Shown here: positions 10,877 to 21,083 of the stretch, one piece after another
Layout of the letters: every line of letters starts with the position of its first letter
How positions within the stretch are numbered: the stretch's first letter is position 1
Source: a virus
Taxonomy: Duplodnaviria > Caudoviricetes
Virus record (IMG/VR): IMGVR_UViG_3300028594_000126
Coordinates: 1-39,856 of that record
Length of the DNA stretch: 39,856 nucleotides
Reading direction: 5' to 3' (one strand)
Program-made: the position numbers and the translations under genes
Notes under the pieces: generated by a model
The model's database searches: none
Seen by the model: the letters and a program-made list of their open reading frames with translations, nothing else
Told to the model about the DNA's origin: nothing

Positions 10877-10891
10877 GGGAGGGAATAACTC

Positions 10892-13800
10892 ATGGCCAAA
10901 CTGACAGCGAGATTCGATTTGCAAGACCGTATCTCTAAAAAGCTAAAAACCATCAGCGACAATACGAAAAAACTTGAAAAATCAAGAGACCAACTGAACA
11001 GACCCATTACTCTCAGAGTTAGAGATCAGGCAACTAGAAAATTAAACAGAGTTCACAGGTTTGTCCTCAAGGATATCGCAAAGACGCATACGATGTTTGT
11101 TAAATTAAGAGACCAAGCGACGAGACCGCTTAATAGAATTAATACATTTGTTAAAAGACGAATGCCAAGGACTCATGATTTAATTGTTAGGGCTCAAGAT
11201 AGAACGAGAACGGTGCTTGAAAGAATAAGACGCTATGCAGGAAGGCATCTCTCTGTACCATACATGTTGATGGTTGCTGCGAGAGATAGGGCGACGCCTG
11301 TTTTGCATAAAATAGCTAATTATGCAAGAAGAGCATTGTCTAAGGGTTATAACTTCTCTGTTCGAGCTATCGACATAGCTACTAAAACGGTGGGTCGAAT
11401 AGCTTCGTTTGCCCGAACCGCCATTCCTAGATACCGTGATTTCACGATTAGGGCGTGGGATCGGGCGTCTAGGATTATCGGAACAGTAAGAAGAGCTTTA
11501 TTCTCCATACCCACGATGATTACAGTCACTTTGGCTGTCGTCGGATTAGGTAACTTGACGAGTGCTACAATTGGCTCTGCGATGAACTTCGAAGGCTATG
11601 AAGTTGCTATGCAGCATTGGTTGGATGGCAACAAGAAGCAAGCGGATGAATTAGTGCAATGGATGGGACAGTTTGCTGACTCCACTCCATTCAGTTCTGT
11701 TGAGCTATTCCCAGCTTTATCACGAGGAATCGGTGTAACTGATGGGAATATCGCTGACGCTAAACAATTATTAACAATTGCTTCAAACATGGCAGCCTTA
11801 ACACCTAACCGTACTGTCGAAGACGCAATGGAAGCATTGGCGTCAGCTCAAATGGGTGAATTTGAATTACTCAAAGGCTACAACATGAAGATAACAGCTG
11901 ATGACTACGATGATATGGGATGGTCGGGATTTCTCGATCTAATGGATAGTAGGTTTGAGGACGGTGCGAAAAAGTTCTCCCAAACAGCATCTGGACAATT
12001 GGCTACATTACGTGGTTACACGTCATCCATATTCCGTGAGGCTGGAGTCGGCATTCTAGAATCCATGAAACCACGGCTGGATGCAATCACTACCTGGCTT
12101 GATAATAACCAAGAAACGTGGGGTAGATGGAAAGATACTGTTCAGCAAGCGGGACTGGATGCGTCTGAGTGGCTATTTTCCAAGTTGGAAAACGGATTTT
12201 CACACATTAGAACCAACTATCTTGAAAATGACGACTTTAAAAATCTTGATTTTGAAGGAAAAGTAAAGTTCATTATGGACGACTTGGGAGAATGGTGGAA
12301 TAAAACAGGACGACCATTAATGGCTGATGTCAGCAAAGATGTCGGAGAGGCGATATTTAAAGGTGTTACATGGGGAATAAAAGAAGGAATAAAAGGCATT
12401 GGCTCCATGTGGGCGGACGCTTTCAAAAATCCTAGCGTTGAAGGGTTCGCTGGAGCGGGAATAGCGACCGCTATTGCGGGATCGATACTCTCCTTAGTTT
12501 TAACTCCATTATTCAGAGGGATAAGCGGTATATTCAAAACAGGTAAATGGTTCTGGGATCAGGGCAAGAAAGTCGGGGGATTATTCAGCAAAGGAAAAGG
12601 CAAACCTCCAGTAGTTCCACCTGGAGGAAAAACACCAACGACACCTACGAGTGGTGGAAAGGGTGGAGGGTGGTTTTCGAGGCTCTTTGGCAGGAATAAA
12701 CAACCAGATTACAGAAACCCTTGGTTCGATAGAGGCGCGAAGCCAGTATTGAATGTACCTAATGCTGCTACAAAAGCACCGAAGATTCCAAAGGCGTTAA
12801 CGAAAATAGGGAATTTCGGAAAAAGAATTCCAGTTTTAGGTACATTGCTTAGCGGATTAGCACTTGCTACAGCGCCGAAAGAGGAAAAAGCAGGAGTTGC
12901 TGGTGGTATCGGTGGCGGTATGGCAGGAGCGGCAGCAGGAGCGGCAATTGGTTCTGTAGTTCCTGTGATTGGCACAACAATCGGCGGAATACTCGGCGGT
13001 ATCCTTGGTTCGATTGGTGGTTCAGCCATCGGCGACTGGTTTAGTGATAATTGGTCATCGATAAAAGAGGGGGCTTCAGATGCAGCCTCTTGGGTTTCTG
13101 ATAAATTCAATACCGCTAAAGATGCAATAGGAAGTACATTGTTCAGTTCCGACTGGTGGTTGGGACATTGGGATTCCGTAAAAAACTGGACATCTGATAA
13201 ATGGGACTCCACAGTAGAAATCTGGGACGGCGTTAAAGATACAATCTCAAGCACTATATTCAGTTCGGATTGGTGGCTAGGACATTGGGAATCCGTTAAA
13301 GGGTTTGCCACATCAACATTCTTGAGTGCTAATTGGTGGGCGGAACAAGCTGGGTTTGTCTGGGGTTACCTTGAGTCAACAATCTTTAGCGGGGACTGGT
13401 GGAGCGAACAATGGAGCAAAGTTCAGGAGCTCACCGAAGGGACAATATTCGATGGCGCTTGGTGGACAGACAAGTGGAATGCTGTCATGGAATGGACTTC
13501 TGAAAAGTGGGATTCTGCCGTTGAAATATGGGAATCTGTAAAAACAGCTTTTGCAGAAACCGTATTCAGTTCCGACTGGTGGCTTGGCCATTGGGAGTCG
13601 GTCAAAGGTTGGACGCAAGAGAAATGGGACTCTGCCGTTGTGGTTTGGGAATCCATAACAACTGCATTATCTGACACAGTCTTTAACTCTGGCTGGTGGC
13701 TCGAAAAGTGGGAAGGCGTTAAGGGTTGGACACAGGAGAAGTGGGATTCAGCAGTAACTATTTGGAATTCCATTACTGATAAAATCAGCGAAACAGTCTT

Positions 13801-14458
13801 TAGCTCCGAATGGTGGGGCGGCAAATGGGAATCCGTTAAAGGATGGACTCAAGATAAATGGGATACATTTACGAGTGTCTGGAACTCTGCGAAAGAGAAA
13901 ATCAACGAAACTTTATTCAGCAAAGACTGGTGGAGTGGTAAATGGGAAACTGTTAAAGGTTGGGCTACAACCGCATGGGAAGGCATTAAGAGCATGGCAA
14001 GCGGGTTGGGTGAATCGTTCAATGTAGGACGTGATAGAGGACAAAGTGCTGCTGAACATGCGAATGGTGGCTTTATCACTCGACCGCACTTGGGTCTAGT
14101 TGGCGAAGCAGGACCAGAAGCAATCATTCCTTTATCTCCCAATAGACGTGATCGTGCTATGAGTTTGTATGAAAAAACGGGTCAATTGCTCGGGGTAAAG
14201 CCTTATGCTTATGGAGGTATAGTTGGTGCAGCAACCGCAACATTGCCGCAGGAGCAAGTCACTACCGTTATTTCTGTTGTAAAAGGAGACTCTGGTAAAG
14301 GTGGATCTGGACGGGATATCATTGTTCAGATTACTGGTGATAATTACTACAATGACGAAATGGATGCAGAGAAAGTCGCAGATATAGCAGTGGATGCAAT
14401 TGAGAAGAAGTTGAAGGAAGAATATGACGAAGGCGGGGAGTTGGTAGTGTATGAGTAA
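10892..14458 (+). CDS. Tail tape measure protein
   Basis: 1188 aa; FADSTPFS motif, Gly/Ala transmembrane-like stretch, Trp-rich repeats, HANGG...VGEAGPEAIIPL C-terminus. Confidence 0.93.
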   Translation: MAKLTARFDLQDRISKKLKTISDNTKKLEKSRDQLNRPITLRVRDQATRKLNRVHRFVLKDIAKTHTMFVKLRDQATRPLNRINTFVKRRMPRTHDLIVRAQDRTRTVLERIRRYAGRHLSVPYMLMVAARDRATPVLHKIANYARRALSKGYNFSVRAIDIATKTVGRIASFARTAIPRYRDFTIRAWDRASRIIGTVRRALFSIPTMITVTLAVVGLGNLTSATIGSAMNFEGYEVAMQHWLDGNKKQADELVQWMGQFADSTPFSSVELFPALSRGIGVTDGNIADAKQLLTIASNMAALTPNRTVEDAMEALASAQMGEFELLKGYNMKITADDYDDMGWSGFLDLMDSRFEDGAKKFSQTASGQLATLRGYTSSIFREAGVGILESMKPRLDAITTWLDNNQETWGRWKDTVQQAGLDASEWLFSKLENGFSHIRTNYLENDDFKNLDFEGKVKFIMDDLGEWWNKTGRPLMADVSKDVGEAIFKGVTWGIKEGIKGIGSMWADAFKNPSVEGFAGAGIATAIAGSILSLVLTPLFRGISGIFKTGKWFWDQGKKVGGLFSKGKGKPPVVPPGGKTPTTPTSGGKGGGWFSRLFGRNKQPDYRNPWFDRGAKPVLNVPNAATKAPKIPKALTKIGNFGKRIPVLGTLLSGLALATAPKEEKAGVAGGIGGGMAGAAAGAAIGSVVPVIGTTIGGILGGILGSIGGSAIGDWFSDNWSSIKEGASDAASWVSDKFNTAKDAIGSTLFSSDWWLGHWDSVKNWTSDKWDSTVEIWDGVKDTISSTIFSSDWWLGHWESVKGFATSTFLSANWWAEQAGFVWGYLESTIFSGDWWSEQWSKVQELTEGTIFDGAWWTDKWNAVMEWTSEKWDSAVEIWESVKTAFAETVFSSDWWLGHWESVKGWTQEKWDSAVVVWESITTALSDTVFNSGWWLEKWEGVKGWTQEKWDSAVTIWNSITDKISETVFSSEWWGGKWESVKGWTQDKWDTFTSVWNSAKEKINETLFSKDWWSGKWETVKGWATTAWEGIKSMASGLGESFNVGRDRGQSAAEHANGGFITRPHLGLVGEAGPEAIIPLSPNRRDRAMSLYEKTGQLLGVKPYAYGGIVGAATATLPQEQVTTVISVVKGDSGKGGSGRDIIVQITGDNYYNDEMDAEKVADIAVDAIEKKLKEEYDEGGELVVYE
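13142..13990 (+). repeat. 117-bp (39-aa) Trp-rich repeats in the tape measure gene
   Basis: FSSDWW-type units start at 13142, 13259, 13448, 13565, 13682, 13799 and 13916, with shorter ~21-aa units between 13259 and 13448. Confidence 0.85.
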
Positions 14459-15131
14459 AAGTGTATATCAGTTCTGGTTATCCACAAATGATAACAAAGA
14501 GAGATTGAGACTACCTGTTCTCCCCAGCTCTTTGGATATAAGTAATGCTTCAAAAAACGAGACTGTTGACATCGCTAATTTAGGTGAGGTCACTATCTTG
14601 CAGGATCCTGTGGCTAAAACGCTGCAGTTTTCCTCATTTTTCCCAGCTCACATGAGCCCGTTAGTCGAATATAACAATCCGCCAAAGCCGTGGGACGCTG
14701 TTAACAGAATTGAAAAGTGGAAGAAATCAAAGCAGCCACTTCGATTTCTAGTGACAGGAACATCGATTAATATACCTGTATCAATTGAAAATTTCACTTA
14801 TGGTGAAGAGGGAGGGGCTGTCGGTGATCTTACTTATGACTTGATGTTGAAGGAGTATGTATTTGTTTCCGTTAGAAAAATAAAGGTGAAAGTCAAGACA
14901 CCGCCAAAACCAAAGAAATCAAGACCCTCAGTAACGCCAAAGGAAAAAACTCATAAAGTCAAAAGAGGCGACACATTATGGGCTTTATCGAAAAAATATT
15001 ACAAGGATAACGGGTTAGGGTGGAGAAAAATATGGAATGCAAATAAAGCAGCAATGATTAAAAGAGATCCACGAAATAGGAAAAACCCAGGACATTGGAT
15101 TCACATCGGACAGGTGTTGAAGATACCATGA
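14451..15131 (+). CDS. LysM-domain tail tube initiator (XkdP-like)
   Basis: HKVKRGDTLWALSKKYY...IWNAN...IHIGQVLKIP LysM domain. Confidence 0.9.
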   Translation: MSKSVYQFWLSTNDNKERLRLPVLPSSLDISNASKNETVDIANLGEVTILQDPVAKTLQFSSFFPAHMSPLVEYNNPPKPWDAVNRIEKWKKSKQPLRFLVTGTSINIPVSIENFTYGEEGGAVGDLTYDLMLKEYVFVSVRKIKVKVKTPPKPKKSRPSVTPKEKTHKVKRGDTLWALSKKYYKDNGLGWRKIWNANKAAMIKRDPRNRKNPGHWIHIGQVLKIP

Positions 15132-16102
15132 TTGAACTTTATCTTGTGAAACCGAATGAAATGATTGAAATCCCTACTTCATCAATAAGTTGGTCGGGTC
15201 AACGCTTTAAATCAGCACGAAAGATTACAGCCAACATCCTTTATACCGATAGAGGCGGGCTTCAGTATACAAAAATCACTCATGGCGACACCGTTCTGTT
15301 TAACTGGAAAGGGAAAGAGTTGTTTCGAGGCATTGTTTGGGATTTCAACAAAACAAAGAGCGGGACGCTTGTTATGGTTGCTTATGACATACTGCAGTAT
15401 CTGCTGGCGAATAAAGATGTTTATGTTTTTACCAATAAACGAGCAACCGATATTGCTGTAAGGATTTGCAAGGATTTCCAAATCCCTCGTGGTACTATTG
15501 CCAATACTGGGGTTAGGCTGGATGAATTGTTTGTTAACGAAACTACGCTTTATGACATGATATTAAGGTCATTAATCAATACAGAAAAGCAATCAGGACA
15601 AAGATTCCAACTGCTTTCCAGAAAAGGAAAGTTAAATCTTATTGAGTGGAAAGAGTCAACTGATCAATGGGTTCTAGAAACTGGCGTAAATCTTATAGAT
15701 TACAATTATTCATCGTCACTTAGCGACACTATAACAAGAGTGAAGTTAATTTCTGGCGATGACAATAATACGGTTACTGCTGTTGTAAATGATGGTTCTG
15801 GTCAGAGGAAATACGGTGTTTTGCAGCACTTCGAACGAGTGAATGATGATTTAAGCAAAAACCAATTGACGAACAGGGCAAGGAAAACTTTGAATCAGAA
15901 AAAGGGAATCCAGCGGCATTTAGAGGTGGATGCATTGGGGATCGATGAAATCATAAGCGGAATGCCTGTTTACGTCATTGAGAATGATATTAATGTAAAA
16001 GGTACCTATTATGTGGATTCGGACACTCATTTCTTTATGGGTGATTACCACGATATGAAGCTCAACTTGTTGGAAAAGAACACTATGGCGGAGGTGGTTT
16101 GA
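15128..16102 (+). CDS. Baseplate hub (XkdQ-like)
   Basis: AYDILQYL..NKDVYVFTNK.A and KYGVLQ motifs; ATG 15128 overlaps the upstream stop (ATGA). Confidence 0.85.
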   Translation: MIELYLVKPNEMIEIPTSSISWSGQRFKSARKITANILYTDRGGLQYTKITHGDTVLFNWKGKELFRGIVWDFNKTKSGTLVMVAYDILQYLLANKDVYVFTNKRATDIAVRICKDFQIPRGTIANTGVRLDELFVNETTLYDMILRSLINTEKQSGQRFQLLSRKGKLNLIEWKESTDQWVLETGVNLIDYNYSSSLSDTITRVKLISGDDNNTVTAVVNDGSGQRKYGVLQHFERVNDDLSKNQLTNRARKTLNQKKGIQRHLEVDALGIDEIISGMPVYVIENDINVKGTYYVDSDTHFFMGDYHDMKLNLLEKNTMAEVV

Positions 16103-16491
16103 TGAGTTTGGGGCAAACAATTAAAAAGATGGCAATGGAGACCATTAATTCTAGCAGTCCACTACAGTTCATGGAAGGCGTTGTCCATTCAGCACCACCA
16201 AATATCCAAATCAAATTAAAGGATAATCCAAAATTGGTGATACCCAGCAAATTTATAAGAGTAGCCGAACATCTAACTAGGCACAGTCGAACAGCCGATA
16301 TATCCAGTTCAAATATTTCTAGTTCACTATCAAGAGCTGGGGATCCGCAGCATACTCATAGCGTGAATTCATTGACGCTAAATAATGCGACGATAAATTT
16401 CACGGACGAATTAAAAAAGGGCGATAAAATAATGGTTGCCGCCATACAAGGTGGGCAATCGTTTTTTATTATCGACAGATTTGTGGGGTGA
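16099..16491 (+). CDS. Baseplate spike-like protein (XkdR/DUF2577-like)
   Basis: LKKGDK...GGQSFFIIDR C-terminus and an HTH metal-tip motif. Confidence 0.8.
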   Translation: MMSLGQTIKKMAMETINSSSPLQFMEGVVHSAPPNIQIKLKDNPKLVIPSKFIRVAEHLTRHSRTADISSSNISSSLSRAGDPQHTHSVNSLTLNNATINFTDELKKGDKIMVAAIQGGQSFFIIDRFVG

Positions 16492-16497
16492 TAGGAA

Positions 16498-16917
16498 ATG
16501 GTATTATCACCAGAAGTTGATATAGCTGATGGTTTACTAGATGAAGAGGTCGAAGTTGAGACGCTTAGAACTTATAAAATTGACTATGAAACCATGACAA
16601 TAACAAGTGAAATCATAGAAGGTATCGAATCGATAAAGCAGTTTATTCATATGGCGCTAAGAACGCCTAGGTATGAACACCAGATTTATTCATCTGATTA
16701 CGGCAGCGAAATTGAAGCGTTGTTATCAGACAATGAGGTCACCCAAGAATTCAAACAAATGGAATTGCCTCGCTTGATAACAGAAGCACTAATTTACGAT
16801 GACCGCATCGATGACGTTACTGATTTCGATATCATTCAAACTTATGATGCATTTCATGTTAGTTTCACCGTTCACAGCGTTGAGGGAATCTTGGAGATAG
16901 AGGAGGTGCTAGAATAA
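16498..16917 (+). CDS. Baseplate wedge/sheath initiator (XkdS/DUF2634-like)
   Basis: LRTPRY..IYSSDYGSE and EALIYDDRI motifs. Confidence 0.88.
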   Translation: MVLSPEVDIADGLLDEEVEVETLRTYKIDYETMTITSEIIEGIESIKQFIHMALRTPRYEHQIYSSDYGSEIEALLSDNEVTQEFKQMELPRLITEALIYDDRIDDVTDFDIIQTYDAFHVSFTVHSVEGILEIEEVLE

Positions 16918-17978
16918 TGTTCGACGATATAACGCCTGATTCGTTGTTAGAGGAAATGCTGGACACTATCGATGATGATATCGATAAAAGAGAAGGATCT
17001 ATTATTTATAACGCTCTTGCTCCAGCCGCAGGTAAATTGTTTGAAATGTATACATCGCTAGGGCAAGTTTTAACCCTAGCATTCCCGCAAACTAGCGAAG
17101 CTGAATACTTGGAGTATATCACCATGAGTGAAGGCGTCGAAAGAAATCTAGCCACTCCATCTACTAGGCATTTTCAAGCGGACGGATCTGGTCAGATTAC
17201 AGAGGGAGACAGGTTTTTTGTTGATGATATATATTTCGTTGCACAAGAAACAATCGAAATCCCAGGGGTTTTTAAGGCGATATCAGAAGAGGTTGGCTCA
17301 AACACCGCAATTTATGACCCTGATACCATTTTGCCAGTTGAAGACATCGATGGACTTGAAACACTTTCTATAGTTATGGATCACGAAAACGATTCAGACG
17401 GAATTGACGATGAGTCAGACGCTGCACTACTTCAAAGGTATTGGGAAAAAGTTGAAAACTCACCTGGCCCAGGAAACATATCTGATTACATTAGATGGGC
17501 AAAAGAAGTTCCTGGAGTAGGAAACGTTCTTCCAGAGCCTCTTTGGAATGGAGATGGAACCATCAGGTTAGTTATTCTTACCCCTGATGGGAAGCAAGCG
17601 CCGCAATCGCTTATAAATGAAGTGCAAGAACTAATTGATCCAGGCTCAAAGGGTATTGGAGAAGGGAAGGCGCCAGTCGGCGCTAAGGTAACCGTCGCAA
17701 CTGCAGGGGTTACTTATATCTCGGCGACGATTCCCGAACTATCAATTGAACAAGGGTACACCTTGGAGCAAGTTCGTTCTAACGTAGAAGAGGCTCTTAG
17801 TGATTATTTATCAAAAATAAACCCAGGTGGTGTTATTAGAATCCAAGAAGCAGGGAGTGCCATTATAAACGCTCTCGGCGTTCTTGATACTGGAGATTTA
17901 CTATTAAACGGCTCTCGGAATAACATTACACTCGACATCACGGAGTTTGCCAGCTTAGGAGAGGTGACATACGTATGA
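16917..17978 (+). CDS. Baseplate J-like protein (XkdT-like)
   Basis: DKREGSIIYNALAP, ESDAALLQR and GNISDYIRWAKEVPGV motifs. Confidence 0.92.
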   Translation: MFDDITPDSLLEEMLDTIDDDIDKREGSIIYNALAPAAGKLFEMYTSLGQVLTLAFPQTSEAEYLEYITMSEGVERNLATPSTRHFQADGSGQITEGDRFFVDDIYFVAQETIEIPGVFKAISEEVGSNTAIYDPDTILPVEDIDGLETLSIVMDHENDSDGIDDESDAALLQRYWEKVENSPGPGNISDYIRWAKEVPGVGNVLPEPLWNGDGTIRLVILTPDGKQAPQSLINEVQELIDPGSKGIGEGKAPVGAKVTVATAGVTYISATIPELSIEQGYTLEQVRSNVEEALSDYLSKINPGGVIRIQEAGSAIINALGVLDTGDLLLNGSRNNITLDITEFASLGEVTYV

Positions 17979-18844
17979 ATGAACGAGATTTACTAGATAT
18001 GTTACCAGAACATTTTTCTGTATTGAAAGAAATGAGAGAAATAGCTAAGGCTGAAGGCAAGCAATTCGATAAATTATATGATTCTATCGATGATTTATTG
18101 AATCAAGTATTTATCGTGACGGCAACTTGGGGGCTGGATTATTGGGAGAGGCAATACCTGTTACCAGTATTAAGTGAGGACGATGATTACGAAAAGCGTA
18201 GACGCCGCATCCTAACCAAGAAAAGAAGTAATAAAGCTAATTTGGTAGATATATTAAGGGCAATCGAACCCACTATCGAACTAAGGTGGGGAGGGTTGGT
18301 GCTGCCTTTTTATATTTTGTCCAGTACGGAACACTACAACTTCGGAGAACTAATAAGAACGTTGGAAGTCGAAAAGCCGTCTCATTTATCCTATTCTTTC
18401 GACTTGAGACCAAACGGTTATACGGTTAAGGCTGATTATAACGATAGATACTCCGTTGCATTGAAATTATTGTCTGGAACAGCTCATGCTGGGAGATATC
18501 CAAAAGCAAACACTCGGGGTGAATCACTTCACGCCATCATCGGTATTGGCGGTCAAAGGGTAACGGGTATTTCTGAGTATCAACGGTCTGCTGGATTAGT
18601 TAGTGGAGATAAAGATTCGCAAAGCTCATTCGGTAGTGTCGATAGAGAGATAATACAGATCAAGACCAGAGGCGTCACGGGGGTTTCATCATATAACCAG
18701 TCTGGTCAATATAATACAGGGCAAATTTTAACGAGTTCTGTTGGCTCTTCCAATGACATTGGGTTAGGGACTAAATCTGTTGCAGCTACTGGGTATTCCT
18801 CATTTCCGTGTGGAGTAAGATTCTCTGGCGAGGAGGTGGCGTAA
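17975..18844 (+). CDS. Baseplate wedge gpI-like protein (XkdU/DUF2313-like) with Gly/Ser-rich C-terminal extension
   Basis: TATWGLDYWE and KPSHL motifs. Confidence 0.85.
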   Translation: MNERDLLDMLPEHFSVLKEMREIAKAEGKQFDKLYDSIDDLLNQVFIVTATWGLDYWERQYLLPVLSEDDDYEKRRRRILTKKRSNKANLVDILRAIEPTIELRWGGLVLPFYILSSTEHYNFGELIRTLEVEKPSHLSYSFDLRPNGYTVKADYNDRYSVALKLLSGTAHAGRYPKANTRGESLHAIIGIGGQRVTGISEYQRSAGLVSGDKDSQSSFGSVDREIIQIKTRGVTGVSSYNQSGQYNTGQILTSSVGSSNDIGLGTKSVAATGYSSFPCGVRFSGEEVA

Positions 18845-19135
18845 TTGTTGAAAATCATGGACGAGATTGTGGATTATATTGATAAGCGAGCGGTAAGAGG
18901 AGATTACACAATCGGTGGGCGAACATACCCAGCTAATATAAGGCGTTCGATTGTTGAAGGAAATACCGTTAGAAAACACATTTATTTAACGCATAAAGAC
19001 CCAATCGGAACCGTCACAAGAGCAAGACTTCTTGATGCGGACGGGAAAGTTGTCGCCGAGAGGACTGATAACCAAGTTCACGAAGCTAACGAGGGATTGT
19101 TGCTAGAATTTAAAATCACTATACAGGAGGTGTGA
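18845..19135 (+). CDS. Hypothetical tail/baseplate protein
   Basis: 96 aa, TTG start, SD GAGGAGGTG, translationally coupled in the tail operon. Confidence 0.7.
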   Translation: MLKIMDEIVDYIDKRAVRGDYTIGGRTYPANIRRSIVEGNTVRKHIYLTHKDPIGTVTRARLLDADGKVVAERTDNQVHEANEGLLLEFKITIQEV

Positions 19136-19137
19136 GT

Positions 19138-19647
19138 ATGTCTGTTAAAGATTATCGTGATCAATCATATGTACCCACAGAATGGGAAGATCAAGTTGTT
19201 GATAAAGAGTCTGGTGACGTATTAGTTGAAGGGACGCCAGTAGCTGAAACCACTCTCGGAAACATGGAAACTGGTATAATGCTTTCTCATTTTGACATAG
19301 GCTCGATGGCGCTATTCGCCTTGCAAATGGCGAATCATAACCAGTTAGAGCTCGAAAAATATAAAAGGCAGCGATTATTACAAGGGAGAGAGACGATTTC
19401 GAATAACGTTAGCGACAACGGATACTTCAGGTCGTCAGAACCATTTAAAACCGTTTCACTAGATGGATTCCCTCAAATCAATGCACCAGACTATGATATC
19501 TTATTAACCCCGACGTCTGCAGATGATTTGGGGAAAGTCGGTGAACTTATCGCTTATGATAAAACTCAAAATGGTTTCAAAGTAAAGATGACTGGCTCTG
19601 CAAAGACAGTCTCTTTTTTATGGACTTTAATAAATCCAAATGTATAA
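19138..19647 (+). CDS. Short tail fibre/adaptor-like protein
   Basis: Y.PTEWED...GTPV...LGNMETGI fibre-attachment-like N-terminus and DKTQNGFKV C-terminal beta domain; ATG 19138 chosen on SD spacing. Confidence 0.6.
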   Translation: MSVKDYRDQSYVPTEWEDQVVDKESGDVLVEGTPVAETTLGNMETGIMLSHFDIGSMALFALQMANHNQLELEKYKRQRLLQGRETISNNVSDNGYFRSSEPFKTVSLDGFPQINAPDYDILLTPTSADDLGKVGELIAYDKTQNGFKVKMTGSAKTVSFLWTLINPNV

Positions 19648-19661
19648 AGGGAGGTTTTCAA

Positions 19662-20048
19662 ATGATTATTTCACATGCAAATGATGGTGAAAAAGCAATT
19701 TATTCATTGAGTGGCGACAAATTGACTGTTGGTGGTGCTGTAACAATCGATTTACAAGAAAAGCAGCGGACTACCGAGAGGGTTATAGACATTTGTTTAG
19801 ACCGTAACTTAGAGGTTATGCGAGAAGGGTTGAGTGCTTGGTATGTCGCTAACGTGATTATTCCTGCAAAGCGATACTCTTTTCAACCGTCTGGAGAAAA
19901 AGACGAGGAGGGCAACGAGGTTATGGAAGAGATAGAACTCCCTGTGGATCCAACTCAAGTTGAATTGCGCTTATGGGGATTGCCACCACAGTACTTTGAA
20001 AACATGAATCAAGAAGATGAAGAAACAGAACAAGGAGCTGAAGCATAA
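19662..20048 (+). CDS. Hypothetical tail-associated protein upstream of the DGR target
   Basis: SD AAGGGAGG before ATG 19662; stop overlaps the target start (TAATG). Confidence 0.7.
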   Translation: MIISHANDGEKAIYSLSGDKLTVGGAVTIDLQEKQRTTERVIDICLDRNLEVMREGLSAWYVANVIIPAKRYSFQPSGEKDEEGNEVMEEIELPVDPTQVELRLWGLPPQYFENMNQEDEETEQGAEA

Positions 20049-21055
20049 TGCCATTTATCTTATCAGTAAAAGACACATATAGACAAGCTGTCGAGGCAGC
20101 GAGTAACGGAAAGAATACAGTTATGTACGACAACAGAGGGAACCCGTCAATAATGGTTTGCATTCCTCGTTTCAATTTATCCGATGTGATTGACGGAGCG
20201 CCAAATACGCCACACCCAGCATTTATTGTTAATGGTGTTGTTAAGTCGGAAATATGGATCTCGAAATATCAAAACGTTGTTCATGACAACAGGGCTTATT
20301 CACTTCCTGGAATGAACCCACAAACATCCGTTGACTTTGATACATCAAAAGCTTATTGCACTAATAAAAATGGCGATGGTGAAGAGGGTTGGCACTTAAT
20401 GACCAATGCGGAGTGGGCAGCCATTGCGCTATGGTCTAAGAAAAACGGAACAATGCCAAGAGGGAATAATAGTTATGGAAAGGATCATTCCGCACCTTAT
20501 GAGACAGGGCGAGAGGCAACCAGAGATTCAGAAGGCCGCACCTCAAAAATTCTGACTGGATCAGGGCCAGCTTCATGGAGCCATGATCATACAAATGCTG
20601 GCATTTTCGATTTGAACGGTAATGTATGGGAGTGGAACGACGGACTCAGAATTATTGATGGGAAAATTTACGTTCATAAAGACAACGACTTTGAAACCCC
20701 AGACAACATTTCTAATTTTGTCGATACGGGGGCGTTCTTTGATGATGTCGGTGGAATAGTGCTCAATTCATCAAAAACAACAGACAATGAAGGTCAAGTT
20801 TATAAAGAATTTGAAAACTTAGCAGCAGCTTCAGGGTACACCATCCCAGAGTTGCTTAAATATTTAGCTATAGCACCAACTGAGGGCGACCACGGAGGCG
20901 ATAGGGTATATGCAACTCTTGGTGGTGAGCGCTTTTCTCGTCGTGGCGGCACTTGGTCGAACACGTCGACTGCTGGTGTGTTCTACCTGTCCTTGTACCG
21001 CACTCGTTCGGATGTGCATTCGGCTGGTGGGTTTCGCTCCGCTCGGGTTTTGTGA
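20048..21055 (+). CDS. DGR target protein, CLec/FGE-sulfatase-like fold; probable receptor-binding (tropism) protein
   Basis: WHLMTNAEWAAIA, GIFDLNGNVWEW, RGGxW and GFRSA motifs; VR covers all but the last 3 of the final 42 sense codons; tail-tip gene position. Confidence 0.92.
   Translation: MPFILSVKDTYRQAVEAASNGKNTVMYDNRGNPSIMVCIPRFNLSDVIDGAPNTPHPAFIVNGVVKSEIWISKYQNVVHDNRAYSLPGMNPQTSVDFDTSKAYCTNKNGDGEEGWHLMTNAEWAAIALWSKKNGTMPRGNNSYGKDHSAPYETGREATRDSEGRTSKILTGSGPASWSHDHTNAGIFDLNGNVWEWNDGLRIIDGKIYVHKDNDFETPDNISNFVDTGAFFDDVGGIVLNSSKTTDNEGQVYKEFENLAAASGYTIPELLKYLAIAPTEGDHGGDRVYATLGGERFSRRGGTWSNTSTAGVFYLSLYRTRSDVHSAGGFRSARVL
20926..21043 (+). repeat. DGR variable repeat (VR)
   Basis: Ungapped match to 21496-21613 (offset 570) at 105 of 118 bases. 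Confidence 0.97.
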
Positions 21056-21083
21056 TCTGTAATCTGAATAACTGAAATCTGTT

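Noticed and set aside
12709-14142. Long minus-strand ORFs within the tape measure gene (and similar ones at 2818-3366 and 26629-27252)
   Set aside because: Antisense shadows of repetitive or biased coding sequence with no recognisable motifs.
14478-14486. Perfect DnaA box TTATCCACA
   Set aside because: Single copy within a tail coding region; plausible by chance.
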